64,000 bases of DNA from an uncultured Candidatus Saccharibacteria bacterium (GTDB lineage: Bacteria > Patescibacteriota > Minisyncoccia > Phycocordibacterales > CSBR16-119): contig CAYRQF010000003.1 in the NCBI GenBank assembly GCA_964426385.1, forward strand, positions 22,938-86,937. Reading direction: 5' to 3'. The translations under genes and the position numbers were made by a program. The notes beneath the pieces are model-generated. The model had not been told where the DNA came from. It saw nothing but the letters and a program-made list of their open reading frames with translations, and did no database searches. Below, piece by piece: positions 9,201 through 18,947 of this stretch. Position 1 is the stretch's first letter. Every line of letters begins with the position of its first letter.

Positions 9201-12200
9201 TTGCGCCGGCTGCACCACTGCCTCCAACTAACTTCACAGGCTCTGGCACATCAACCTCGAACATCAACCTCACATGGACAGATGTTGCTACAAATGAGAC
9301 AGGGTATGAGGTTCAGAGAGCGGCACTAACTGATACGAATTTTACTAGTCCGACAACGACCACTTACGGACCAAACTCTAACGCCACCTCGATATCTACC
9401 GGCCTCTCTGCGGGTACCGCATATCTATTCCGCATTAGAGCAGTTAGTTCGACAAGCGGACTCAATTCTGTGTGGGTTTACTCTGCCCCTGCTTCGATCT
9501 CTACGCAGGCTGCTCAGACAGCACCGAATGCACCAACTAACCTCACTGGTTCTGCTTCGTCGACATCACAAATAAATCTCTCATGGACAGATAATGCGAA
9601 TAATGAAACAGGCTTCACTCTTAATAGGGCTACAGCTCCTGATTTCAGTTCCGGATTTGTCACCACTAACGTGCCAGCAAACAGTCCGACAGCTCCAAGC
9701 ACGGTTAACCATCCTGTCACAGGGCTTGCTGCAGGACAGACATACTACTTCCAGGTTAAAGCGATAAATGGCACCGGAGATTCCGCTTGGGCAACTCCAA
9801 ACCCTCTTTCTGTGGCTACACAGAATGTTGTGGCCGGCACATGTAATCCTGGTACAGTTGCGCCAATGCTTCCACCGAACAACTCACCGGTTAATGACTT
9901 GTCTAGAACGAATGGTGCCAACAGATCTGTGCAGCTATCATCAGCTGTTACGGGTGCTAATCAGATAACGATATGTTGGGACACTGTTGCTCAGAGAACT
10001 ATAAGCGGCAGTATCTCTGTCTACAGGAAATCAGGTTACACTTCTACGAGCTGGGGTACAGCGATAGCTACTTTGGCTAATACAGAGACAAGTTATGTAG
10101 ACAATAGTGTTACCCAAGGCACTTATTACGAATACAAAGTATCTTTCTCACAGAGTTCAACTTCATCAGCAAGCGGTGTTAGCACTAACGGTACAGCCGC
10201 AGGATACATAGCTACTGGTATAAATGTTCCTGAGGAATCCAGCAGAGGTAAAATGGCCCTAGTTATAGACAACAGTATGGTAACCGGCACTAACGGAAGC
10301 GCTCCAACTGGAGGAGATTCAGCGCTTATGTCTAAAGTAAACACTCTAATAGATGACCTAAATGCTGACCGATGGACCGTCTATCCTATATACGTAGGAC
10401 GTGGTGATACCGTAGCAAGCGTCAAAGCGCTTATCGTTGCGCAGAATCCGGCCGCCATCTACTTGCTAGGACATGTTCCAGTAGATAAGACTCACACAAT
10501 GTCTCCTGACGGTCACGGAGATCAGATACCTTGGTCTTCAGACGCTTATTATTCCGTGTCAGGTACGTACGGAACAACTGTTGCCCCTGTTTATCAGATC
10601 GGCCGAGTCGATGCGTTCAAGATGGAGGTATTCGGCGCCGGTAATCCTTCTAGTGATGCTACCGCCGCTACAGCAGGAGAGAAAACTGTAATAGGAAATT
10701 ATCTGGACAAAGTACACAATTACAAGATTGGCTCCACTACTGTTCAGCAGAGAGCTATTATCAAGGACGCCCTTGATCACGCTTATTCCGGCTTCACTAG
10801 CGCACAAAATGCTACCGTTGGCGCTTGGTCAACATTCCCTTCAGTTGTTGGTTTGGCAAATACATATGTGACCAACGAGAGAGGAACTCTCTTGACTCCG
10901 TCTCTACAGGGCTCGAATGACACATACCTACTCATGCTTGCACAATCTGGTGGACAGTGTGACAGAGATAACGATTCAGCCACTGGAACATCTGCGGGAT
11001 TTGCGGCGATAAGCGGCGGAGCTGTGTTCAACATGGCCGGCGGCAGCCGTTTCGGAAGCTTCGATAACTGTATATCTTTCCGTGAAAATAACTTCTTAAA
11101 AGCGCTGCTGTTCGGTGGTAAAGGAATGGTTAGTCTCTATAGCTTAGATCATCACTGGTATCTCCACTCTCTGGCCATGGGACAGAATATTGGTTATGCG
11201 ACCAAGGTGTCCATGAATAATCACTCTACTCAGGTTTATACACCAGTCAGTTGGTATCAACAGCGAAATTACAACGCTTTTATGAGTCCACTCGGCGATC
11301 CATCTATTCGCGCCTCATACTTTACCATCCCGTCGACGTTTACTGCGAGCGGTACGGCAGGAAACCCTATAAACTTCTCATGGAGCAGTGTTTCAGGAGC
11401 AGAAGGCTACAATGTCTACAAGATTACTTCATCTGCTGTGACTAAACTTAACAGCTCGATGATAGCAAGTACGTCATACACAGGATCTGAAATATATACC
11501 TCAGGAGCCAAATACATGGTGACTGCGCTCGACCTTACGACCTCAGGAAGCGGTGGAACATATTATAGAGAATCCCTCGGAAAGATGACTCTCACAACAG
11601 GTGGAGGCGGAGGAGACTTGGCAGCTCCGACTACACCAGGAAGCTTCGCGGTGAGTGGAACAACTGCCTCAAGCGTAAATCTTACATGGACGGCCTCTAC
11701 AGGTAATCCAGTAGGAGAGGCGGTAACTTACAAGATCCTCCGAAGCAGTGCGACAAACGGCACATATACTCAGGTTGGAACCGATACTGCTTCACCTTAC
11801 TCCGACACGACTGTTACTGCAGGCAACACTTACTACTACAGGATTACAGCTTCTGATGCTGCAAGTAACACTTCACAGCCTGCACCCTCAGCGTCTACAG
11901 GCATCTCTGCTACAACTGTAGACAACCAAGCACCTTCTGCACCGGCAGGACTTATGTCGACAGCACAGACGACGGGAAGCATTACACTCACTTGGAACGC
12001 CTCCACGGGTAACCCTGTAGGCGAGACCATTAACTACAAGGTCTTCCGAAGTACGACAGCTAACGGAACATACACTCAGACAGGTAGCTCTACAACTAAT
12101 ACAACATTCACTGATTCAGGACTAACAGCGGGAACAACTTATTACTATAAAGTGTCTGCAACAGACGCTTCCAATAACTCTTCCGCTCAAAATCCTTCTT

Positions 12201-14989
12201 CGGGTTACGGTGCTGCGACAAGTGCTCAAGCGGACACTCAGCCACCAACCGTACCGACAGGTCTTGCTGTTACAGCAACTACAGCTTCAAGTATTTCGTT
12301 ATCTTGGAATGCTTCAACTGATGTTGGAGGAAGTATCGTACAAGGGTATCTCATTTATCGTAGCGCAACGAGCGGTGGTACATATGACACCATAGGAAGT
12401 TCTAGTGGTACTTCATATACTGATTCTGGTCTTGCCCCTAATACAACTTACTATTACAAGGTTACGGCAATTGATAACTCCCCTAACGGCAATCAGTCTG
12501 CTCAGACACAGTATGTTTCTGGTACAACTGCTGCTGTTACCGGAGGTGGCTCAGGACAGGTACTTGGTCTCATGGGTGTATACGCAGGACCAAACAACAG
12601 TGAGGACGTAACACCGGGAGCTAACCCAGCAGGTGTGTCAGACTACTACGTTGACTGCGTCGCTGGAAATGACAGTAATAATGGAACTTCAGCCGCTACT
12701 GCATGGAGAACACTAGAAAAATTCAACACTTCAGGCGCCGGCCAGATGCAACCAGGATCTAGAGCGTTCTTCAAGAGAGGATGTACGTTCTATAAAACAG
12801 ATGTATATCCGATGGGAATATATGATGGTGGAATCCTCAGGGTTTCTAACTCAGGAAATGCATCAAACTATGTAGAATATAGGGCCTACGGCACAGGAGC
12901 GGCTCCAGTATTCTCTGGCGCGGTACCTGTTACTGGCTGGACTCAACACCAGGGAAATATTTACAAGGCAAACATCGGAGCAAATAAGAACGTTCGATAC
13001 TTGTTTGCCAACAACTCTGGCCAGACACTCGCTCGCTTCCCAAACAAGAGTGCTGGTAATACAGTCTGGATGAAGACAGATCATATCACTAACCCTGGAG
13101 GAGTATCTCTCAATGTCGAAGACTCGTCTTCTACTGATGGAGCACTTCCAACCTCTACAGCAAATAACCTAGCTGGAGGTGAATATGCAGCTAGGTTTAT
13201 GAACTGGGCCTTCGTGGTTGCGCCGATTACAGCCCATTCAGGTCAGACCATTACCGTTTCATTCCAGGGTGGAATGAACCAGGTGCCATGCTACATACCA
13301 AACTGCTCTAACACCATTTATCCTGAAGCTGGCTGGGGATACTTCGTTCAGAACAAGCTATCCCTCCTAGACACCGCAGGTGAGTGGTACTACGACAATG
13401 CCTCTGGTCAACTCTACTTCTGGGCGCCAGGCGGAGTGAATCCGAGCACTATGACTGTAGAAGCGGCAGTTCACCGAAACGGTGTTCACATGCTCGGTGG
13501 TATCCATCATGTAAAGGTAAAGAACCTTGCGTTCGAGAAGTTCAACAAATTCAGTTACGGAAGTTCTGACAAGGGTGCGGCGGTGTTCATTCAAGACTGG
13601 GATGGATCGTCTGGAGTACTCAGTAACATCGTTGAGAATGTTGAGATCAAGAATACTCCTATCGGTGTTCGCGTCGAAGGTGTCGAATCAACAGGACCAT
13701 CAAACGGTAACAAAATACTCAATTCTTATATTCATGACATATTCGACATTGGAATGCTCTCATACGGTCTCGGCCACCTCTACCAGGGTAACGTGATTGA
13801 GAATATCGCTCTGGCCCCTGAGCTTGCCGCTGACACCGATGAGTGGAACCATATGTACGGCTTCGTCTCAACCGGTGGTAACGTTGACTTCATCGGCAAT
13901 ATAGTACGAAATATCGGTTACATCGGAGTTAACTATGTTCAGAACGGTGAAATCCGGAATAACTTAATCGAAAACATATCTCTAACTATTAACGATGGTT
14001 GTGGTATCTGCGCCGATGGAGCAGAGAATGATCTCCTCGTGAAGAGAAATGTTGTTAACCATGTGTACGGAAACATTGTTGGCCTACCTTCAACATTCGT
14101 TCATGCGACAGCGCTTGGCTCAGGTATATCAACAGGCGATAGGAATAGTATCGGTGGAATCTTCGAGGAGAATGTTGTTAACGATGCTGGAAACTCTGGT
14201 ATCACGTTCGACAACAATACCTTCTCGGCGAATATGCAGATGAGGAATAACACGATTTACACGAATCAGCCGGGTAACTCTAACGGTGCTAAGGGTATCT
14301 CAATGTATGATCAGTCTGTGGGCGTATATCACCCAGGAGAGAACAATGCCCAGTCACTCTATGACTTCGATTTGGGTCACAGTGTATACGGTAACAAGGT
14401 TTACACACTACATCAGAACAACAACAGTCTCTATGAGGCACGCGTTCTAACTTCTACAAGTGGTGGACATACAGACTTTGGAGATTATTGGGGCAATTAC
14501 TTCTTCCACCCATACTCTACTAACACAATCGTGAATTATCGACCAGCACCGTTGGTAACCACAGGAGACCTTATCTGGACTCTCACAAATGCACCAGTTT
14601 ATTCAACGGCAAGCACGAACACATCTTCCGGCACTGTGTCAACAGGAACAAAAGGTTATATCTCAGGTACTGAGTCAAACTACCGATGGTTCGTAACTTT
14701 CAACAACGGACAATCTGGCTGGATGAGGTCTTATGAAATCGCAATGGCAAAGAAGAACATCGCAGAATTCCAGCAGGTTTATAACCAGCCTCCATCCGGA
14801 CAGCCTCAGAACACACAGCGTGGAGTAGGGGATTCACTGCCGACGCTTTATGTCAACACAACTGGCTCTCCGATGTCCGCGAATATCGGTTCCGGTAAGT
14901 GCGGAAGTAATGGTCAGACACTCGCAAATCCTTACCCACTTAACACCTTTGCTGATGCGATTGTTCCAGAGATATGTAGCGAGCAATAA
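6221..14989 (+). CDS. giant secreted surface protein (2922 aa): N-terminal repeated beta-sandwich-like domains, dockerin-like Ca-binding repeat pair, at least 6 fibronectin-III domains, central Cys/His globular domain, C-terminal right-handed parallel beta-helix
   Basis: Signal peptide. FN3 signature xAPxNLxxxxxSxxxIxLxWT...NETGY repeated. DVNNDG...NDRD appears twice. NxxIxNN beta-helix rungs near the C-terminus. Confidence 0.9.
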   Translation: MKLQRAFFLVIALVFLVGFTVTVSGPGGASQRAQVTGAVSNQSIRGYSLVNADTDTIIGPLSDGQTIDLAELGTNHVNIVAETSPSVVGSVAFHLDDLARVVKNSAPYALGGHNNAGNFYAANLSVGDHTLKTQAFTLARARGLGSAVSEIRFSVVGGSPRSSGGQTQASSDSTTPISNTQQTHSTPGNVANVTGAEVQEIKSFTLINADTNQEIVAIENGAVLDIQNLGTTNLTIRANATPTNVGSVKFYLDSVAVRTDNLFPYTNVASTTTDDYRPWSFTPGQEYSITAIPFSLSRARGVEGTPLTVSFTIGQNPVGGHEPVVGRSMDPSVPAMGCLTATVTNDPNGGNNPGTITIDWPDVSGHPYYKAWRIQNGQVEVSTENQGGAVTYNSMTPGTWTIRVAFLEAGALPNTSADWGPESEISNLVISTSIPGPVTTTTCGQEPVESAQLKVFLGGAYNSSTGLMSTALNDANVIPLTEPYTGEGYQFTNGSGSSISSGVLNATGNDAIVDWVIVELRNQNNNLDIVSSRPALLQADGEVVGLNGTTPIFDSFSSGTYYVVVHHRNHLAVMTANPVNISNSVDLTNSTLWGTNAAKLVSGTKVLWPGDVNNDGLVKYTGGNNDRDPILQVVGSNTPNNVVTNAYAKADLNMDSTVKHTGTKNDRDIIFQSIGSVDPTVVNVEQLPQPSSTTITSIQVVNTQGVVQQTLSAGQTINIGTQNGGYGTSIALKANTSTSPVPGSVKYTLTRAGNTHENIDNAAPFSSHGDTGGNYTAWTSLQPGAYHLTALPYDGANATGASGTGADFDFVVVNNDTVAPLAPQNVSINYRSADEIRLSWSPSVGATNYQVVRTGNGQTFPLQSGTTFNDTTGLTSNGTFSYVVTAINSNGQVSPNSTSIDAPTLSPAFTAGTLVAPNANNTQVRALPENPTLVGTVNTTNNGSVVTGTSPSGHVVWVKGVTPAPDVRYLRTTFTSPALSGPGWVDQTKLITYVAPAAPLPPTNFTGSGTSTSNINLTWTDVATNETGYEVQRAALTDTNFTSPTTTTYGPNSNATSISTGLSAGTAYLFRIRAVSSTSGLNSVWVYSAPASISTQAAQTAPNAPTNLTGSASSTSQINLSWTDNANNETGFTLNRATAPDFSSGFVTTNVPANSPTAPSTVNHPVTGLAAGQTYYFQVKAINGTGDSAWATPNPLSVATQNVVAGTCNPGTVAPMLPPNNSPVNDLSRTNGANRSVQLSSAVTGANQITICWDTVAQRTISGSISVYRKSGYTSTSWGTAIATLANTETSYVDNSVTQGTYYEYKVSFSQSSTSSASGVSTNGTAAGYIATGINVPEESSRGKMALVIDNSMVTGTNGSAPTGGDSALMSKVNTLIDDLNADRWTVYPIYVGRGDTVASVKALIVAQNPAAIYLLGHVPVDKTHTMSPDGHGDQIPWSSDAYYSVSGTYGTTVAPVYQIGRVDAFKMEVFGAGNPSSDATAATAGEKTVIGNYLDKVHNYKIGSTTVQQRAIIKDALDHAYSGFTSAQNATVGAWSTFPSVVGLANTYVTNERGTLLTPSLQGSNDTYLLMLAQSGGQCDRDNDSATGTSAGFAAISGGAVFNMAGGSRFGSFDNCISFRENNFLKALLFGGKGMVSLYSLDHHWYLHSLAMGQNIGYATKVSMNNHSTQVYTPVSWYQQRNYNAFMSPLGDPSIRASYFTIPSTFTASGTAGNPINFSWSSVSGAEGYNVYKITSSAVTKLNSSMIASTSYTGSEIYTSGAKYMVTALDLTTSGSGGTYYRESLGKMTLTTGGGGGDLAAPTTPGSFAVSGTTASSVNLTWTASTGNPVGEAVTYKILRSSATNGTYTQVGTDTASPYSDTTVTAGNTYYYRITASDAASNTSQPAPSASTGISATTVDNQAPSAPAGLMSTAQTTGSITLTWNASTGNPVGETINYKVFRSTTANGTYTQTGSSTTNTTFTDSGLTAGTTYYYKVSATDASNNSSAQNPSSGYGAATSAQADTQPPTVPTGLAVTATTASSISLSWNASTDVGGSIVQGYLIYRSATSGGTYDTIGSSSGTSYTDSGLAPNTTYYYKVTAIDNSPNGNQSAQTQYVSGTTAAVTGGGSGQVLGLMGVYAGPNNSEDVTPGANPAGVSDYYVDCVAGNDSNNGTSAATAWRTLEKFNTSGAGQMQPGSRAFFKRGCTFYKTDVYPMGIYDGGILRVSNSGNASNYVEYRAYGTGAAPVFSGAVPVTGWTQHQGNIYKANIGANKNVRYLFANNSGQTLARFPNKSAGNTVWMKTDHITNPGGVSLNVEDSSSTDGALPTSTANNLAGGEYAARFMNWAFVVAPITAHSGQTITVSFQGGMNQVPCYIPNCSNTIYPEAGWGYFVQNKLSLLDTAGEWYYDNASGQLYFWAPGGVNPSTMTVEAAVHRNGVHMLGGIHHVKVKNLAFEKFNKFSYGSSDKGAAVFIQDWDGSSGVLSNIVENVEIKNTPIGVRVEGVESTGPSNGNKILNSYIHDIFDIGMLSYGLGHLYQGNVIENIALAPELAADTDEWNHMYGFVSTGGNVDFIGNIVRNIGYIGVNYVQNGEIRNNLIENISLTINDGCGICADGAENDLLVKRNVVNHVYGNIVGLPSTFVHATALGSGISTGDRNSIGGIFEENVVNDAGNSGITFDNNTFSANMQMRNNTIYTNQPGNSNGAKGISMYDQSVGVYHPGENNAQSLYDFDLGHSVYGNKVYTLHQNNNSLYEARVLTSTSGGHTDFGDYWGNYFFHPYSTNTIVNYRPAPLVTTGDLIWTLTNAPVYSTASTNTSSGTVSTGTKGYISGTESNYRWFVTFNNGQSGWMRSYEIAMAKKNIAEFQQVYNQPPSGQPQNTQRGVGDSLPTLYVNTTGSPMSANIGSGKCGSNGQTLANPYPLNTFADAIVPEICSEQ

Positions 14990-15014
14990 AATTATCAGTT
15001 AATATTGAACATAT

Positions 15015-15623
15015 ATGAAAAACTCTCTAATCTTTCTGGTCATCGCAGTTGTGATTGTCGCGGGATACATGTTACTAAAGAAGTCGATCGATAAGGGCAA
15101 CACTCCTGACGCATCCGACTTTGAAAGTTCACAGACTGAAATCGGTGGAAAGCGACTAGAATCTCCATCGGCAAACGAAAGTGGGACTTATAAAGTAGAT
15201 CAGAAAGCATCTTCTATACACTTCATTCCTTCATCTGGAGATACTGTAGAGTTTGATCTAAAATCAGGAGAGCTACTTGTTCAATCAGGCGATATTGTCG
15301 GCGGGAAGACCATAGCCTCTTCCTCTCGTATGGATAAGTTGCCTGGTTTCGAGATGGTATCTAGCGATGAAGTACAGCTCGAGGTAAAGTCGCTGGTGTT
15401 CGAGAGGGCACGAAGTACCTCAGATAACCTAGTTTATAGAACGGATACAGAGCTTACAGTTAATGGAAAAACTTACCCAGTATCGTTTGATTCTATTTTT
15501 AGATATCAGGCGGGTGAGTATTATATAACCGGCCAAGCAACACCAGATTGGAAGAATTGGGGAATCAATCTTGCTCCTGGGCAAACAATGTCGGTAGATA
15601 TAACCATTCTCGCAAAAAAATAA
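15015..15623 (+). CDS. YceI-like domain protein, membrane-anchored
   Basis: N-terminal TM helix followed by a YceI-like beta-barrel pattern. Terminator follows. Confidence 0.6.
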   Translation: MKNSLIFLVIAVVIVAGYMLLKKSIDKGNTPDASDFESSQTEIGGKRLESPSANESGTYKVDQKASSIHFIPSSGDTVEFDLKSGELLVQSGDIVGGKTIASSSRMDKLPGFEMVSSDEVQLEVKSLVFERARSTSDNLVYRTDTELTVNGKTYPVSFDSIFRYQAGEYYITGQATPDWKNWGINLAPGQTMSVDITILAKK

Positions 15624-15632
15624 TCTTCTATA

Positions 15633-15663
15633 ACACAAAAGCCCCGACCGGGGCTTTTGTGTT
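15633..15663 (+). terminator. rho-independent terminator
   Basis: aaagccccgaccggggcttt hairpin followed by T-rich sequence. Confidence 0.6.
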
Positions 15664-15674
15664 ATAATCCTCCC

Positions 15675-16091
15675 ATGACACAGGGTGAAAAGGTGGCCAA
15701 TGCCGATGACTTCAAAATAGTTAGGCCAAAAAAGGGTCTCGGAATGGGGCTTGTAACGCTACGCTCATGGAAGAAGGGTGAGAAAATTATCGAATATATC
15801 GGCATCAGGAAGACGAATAAATCTGTAGAAGGGGATGAGACTAAATATCTCTTCGAGGTGAACAGTAAGTATACTGTCGACGGAAGTCCTCGTTGGAATA
15901 TCGCCAGATACATCAATCATTCGTGCTTGCCGAATGCCGAAGCGGATATCATAAAAGGGAAGATCTGGATCAAGGCAGAGAAGAATATCTTGGCAGGGGA
16001 AGAACTGACTTATGATTATGGAAAAGAGTATTTTGATGAGTTTATAAAGCCATCTGGCTGTAAGTGCCAGAAGTGCGATAAGAATAAATAA
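15675..16091 (+). CDS. SET-domain protein (putative protein-lysine methyltransferase)
   Basis: NHSCLPNAE, ELTYDYG and a post-SET Cys cluster CKCQKCDK. The ORF-track start at 15657 overlaps the terminator, so the ATG at 15675 is preferred. Confidence 0.85.
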   Translation: MTQGEKVANADDFKIVRPKKGLGMGLVTLRSWKKGEKIIEYIGIRKTNKSVEGDETKYLFEVNSKYTVDGSPRWNIARYINHSCLPNAEADIIKGKIWIKAEKNILAGEELTYDYGKEYFDEFIKPSGCKCQKCDKNK

Positions 16092-16092
16092 T

Positions 16093-16803
16093 ATGGAAAT
16101 ACAAGAGAAACCAACACAGGATACTCCAACCGAAAGTACGAACCCGCCCGAAATTAAGAAGAGTGCCCTCGGACTACCCGGAGCTATCGTCATAGCCGGC
16201 CTTATTATAGGTGGGGCGATATTTATGAATAAAACTAGTGGTTTCTCCGTTGACTCAGAGATGAATCCGCTTGATCTAGTCGCAGAGGTTTCTAGCGAAG
16301 ATGTCGTGAGGGGGGATGCGAAAGCCGAGGTCACTATTATCGAGTATGCAGATTTTTCTTGTCACTTCTGCGCACAGTATCATCCAACCCTTCAGCGAAT
16401 AGTTTCGGAGTCAGACGGCAATGTACAGTGGGTTTACCGTCATCTTCCGATATTTAACAAAGAGGCCGCCATGGCTAGTTCCTGTGTAGCCAAACTAGGG
16501 GGAAATGAGGCGTTCTGGAGTTACGCCGACATGCTTTATCAGAACACGGATAAGTTTAGTGCAGTTTTTTATGAAAATGGAGCCCAAGATCTAGGCATCG
16601 AAGTCAGTGCGTATAATGCCTGTTTGAGTGATGAGACCCTAAAGTCGAAAATAGATAGGGAGTTCACACAGGCGAGGCTTCTTCTAGGGTTTAACGCCAC
16701 ACCATATACAGTACTGATTGACAAGGATGGCAGGAAATTCTCATTTGCTGGAGCCCTGCCGTATGAGGACCTTATGAGTGCTATTGAGGGTTTGGCAAAA
16801 TAG
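16093..16803 (+). CDS. DsbA-family thiol:disulfide oxidoreductase, membrane-anchored
   Basis: CHFC active site within a thioredoxin fold. N-terminal TM helix. Confidence 0.8.
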   Translation: MEIQEKPTQDTPTESTNPPEIKKSALGLPGAIVIAGLIIGGAIFMNKTSGFSVDSEMNPLDLVAEVSSEDVVRGDAKAEVTIIEYADFSCHFCAQYHPTLQRIVSESDGNVQWVYRHLPIFNKEAAMASSCVAKLGGNEAFWSYADMLYQNTDKFSAVFYENGAQDLGIEVSAYNACLSDETLKSKIDREFTQARLLLGFNATPYTVLIDKDGRKFSFAGALPYEDLMSAIEGLAK

Positions 16804-16878
16804 CGAAAGTGCTATAATGACCTCGATTAGATGGGATGCGTAACTAACCCGTCTATTTATAATTAATAACTTTAAAAC

Positions 16879-17382
16879 ATGAAATTAATGTATTCAATAA
16901 TTATCGTGCTCGTCGCAGCTGCAGTTCTGTTCTATGTACTTAAAAAAACTGATAAAACTGAAATACAAACTATGCAATACCAAGATACAAGCGCTAGTAC
17001 ACCTGGCGATAATATGACTCCGGAACCTACACCAGCACCTCAGCCTACAACTGCTGGTACAGAGATGCTTATGACCACGACCAGAGAAGGGTCTGGAGAG
17101 GGTGCTAAAGATGGCGACACACTATCTGTGCACTATACTGGCTACCTAGAGGATGGGACTAAGTTCGATTCTAGTGTAGATCGCGGAACACCATTCGAAC
17201 TTACACTCGGTTCTGGGATGGTTATTCAGGGCTGGGATATTGGTCTCAAGGGTATGAAAAAGGGTGAGATGAGGAAACTCGTCATACCTTCGAAATATGC
17301 TTATGGTGAGAACGGATTCCCTGGAGTTATCCCGCCTAACGCTACTCTCATATTCGAAGTTGAGTTAGTAGATATCAAATAA
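16879..17382 (+). CDS. FKBP-type peptidyl-prolyl cis-trans isomerase
   Basis: Canonical FKBP domain ([14 protein letters not shown]...[10 protein letters not shown]) with an N-terminal TM anchor. Confidence 0.9.
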   Translation: MKLMYSIIIVLVAAAVLFYVLKKTDKTEIQTMQYQDTSASTPGDNMTPEPTPAPQPTTAGTEMLMTTTREGSGEGAKDGDTLSVHYTGYLEDGTKFDSSVDRGTPFELTLGSGMVIQGWDIGLKGMKKGEMRKLVIPSKYAYGENGFPGVIPPNATLIFEVELVDIK

Positions 17383-17388
17383 TCTATC

Positions 17389-18063
17389 ATGGAAATACGC
17401 ACTAAGGAGGTATTGAGACTGGGCTGGACCAAGACCAAGGAAAATCTCTGGTTCATCATCGCTTTTGAGCTTCTTGCCTTCGCTGTTACAGGAGCGGGCA
17501 TGCATATATTTGGCGATGAGTCACTTTTTGGCTTCATCGTTAGTACTCTTGTCGGATTCGTATTCACGAGTGTTTTCCTACGGATTAGTCGGGGTGAGAA
17601 GATAGACTTCAATAATATATTTGTAGGATTTTCAGGTAATAAGTTCTTCCATTACTTGCTAGCAACTATCGTGGTCGGCCTGTTCGTGATAGCCGGAATC
17701 ATACTACTCGTCGTGCCTGGTGTGATAGTCGCCCTGGCTACATGTTTCGCAAGTTACGTTATCATCGACATGGATAAAAACGTGCCTGTTGTTGGTAGGT
17801 CATTTTGGGTCGCGATAAAGGAAAGCTACCAGATGACCAAGGGTATGAAATGGAGATTGTTTGGATTCTTCCTCGTACTTTTCGGAATCAATATTCTTGG
17901 AGCGATAGCTTTGATAGTCGGACTATTGGTGACAATCCCAGTCAGCATGATTGCCCTCGCAGCTGTATATAATAAGCTGAAAGCCAGAGTTGTTGAGCCG
18001 ACAGTAGTCGTGGCTGATCCAGTGAGTAATTCTACAGAGTCTCAATCGTCTACAATCTCGTAG
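17389..18063 (+). CDS. hypothetical polytopic membrane protein (DUF975-like)
   Basis: Several TM helices. No enzymatic motif recognised. Confidence 0.6.
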   Translation: MEIRTKEVLRLGWTKTKENLWFIIAFELLAFAVTGAGMHIFGDESLFGFIVSTLVGFVFTSVFLRISRGEKIDFNNIFVGFSGNKFFHYLLATIVVGLFVIAGIILLVVPGVIVALATCFASYVIIDMDKNVPVVGRSFWVAIKESYQMTKGMKWRLFGFFLVLFGINILGAIALIVGLLVTIPVSMIALAAVYNKLKARVVEPTVVVADPVSNSTESQSSTIS

Positions 18064-18084
18064 TTAATAAATTATATAAATAAT

Positions 18085-18876
18085 ATGGAATCAGCATATC
18101 AAAAGACGATAAAAAACGCGGTTTTAGCCCTGACAGTGCTCCTAGTACTATTGTCGGTTTTTGTCGTATTCAAGGTTTTTGGCGAGATGAATGTCGTAAA
18201 CGCAGATGAGCAGAATACTATCACTGTAGAGGGGGATGCAGAGGTGTTCTCTGCGCCAAACATCGCAACTATCTCATTTAGCGTACGCGCTGAGAATCTC
18301 GACCTAGTCAAAGCCCAAGAAGAAGCTGAGCTATCTGTTTCTGCCGCGATTGACGCTATGACGGCACTCGGCGTGGAGGAGAAGGATATCCAGACAACAT
18401 ACTACAATGCTAACCCTCGTTATGAATGGGACAACAAGTGTGGACAGTATGGATGTGAGACTGGAGATAGAAAACTCGTCGGTTATGAAGTTAGTGAAAC
18501 TGTTACTGTCAAAGTTAGAGACCTAGCCAAAGCGTCACCTGTTATCGGCGCTCTCGGCACCGCCAAGGTTACTGATATCCAGGGACCAAGCTTCGACATA
18601 GAGGATCGCGATGCCCTAATGCAGGAAGCTCGCAAGGAAGCCATAAAAGAAGCAAAAGAGAAGGCAAAAGTCCTCGCCGATGAGCTCGGTGTGAACCTAG
18701 GCAGAATCGTTCAGTACTATGACTCTAATAGTGGTGGATACCCAGTACCGATGTACGCCAAAGCAGAAATGGATATGGCTGTATCTCAGGAATCAAGAGA
18801 TTCAGTCGCCCCAACCATCGTAGCTGGCGAGAACCGCATCTATTCATCTGTTTCGATAGTGTACAAGATTAAATAA
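18085..18876 (+). CDS. SIMPL-domain (BP26/DUF541) protein
   Basis: TM anchor followed by a SIMPL-like pattern. Terminator follows. Confidence 0.75.
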   Translation: MESAYQKTIKNAVLALTVLLVLLSVFVVFKVFGEMNVVNADEQNTITVEGDAEVFSAPNIATISFSVRAENLDLVKAQEEAELSVSAAIDAMTALGVEEKDIQTTYYNANPRYEWDNKCGQYGCETGDRKLVGYEVSETVTVKVRDLAKASPVIGALGTAKVTDIQGPSFDIEDRDALMQEARKEAIKEAKEKAKVLADELGVNLGRIVQYYDSNSGGYPVPMYAKAEMDMAVSQESRDSVAPTIVAGENRIYSSVSIVYKIK

Positions 18877-18890
18877 CAAGCAGATTCTAG

Positions 18891-18914
18891 AAAGGCCCCG
18901 CAAGGGGCTTTTCG
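18891..18914 (+). terminator. rho-independent terminator
   Basis: ggccccgcaaggggc hairpin followed by a T-run. Confidence 0.6.
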
Positions 18915-18947
18915 TATGGGAAACAAGGATTTGATACAATATAACTT

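Noticed and set aside
15765-16334. 189-aa minus-strand ORF
   Set aside because: Antisense to the SET-domain and DsbA-like genes. No features.
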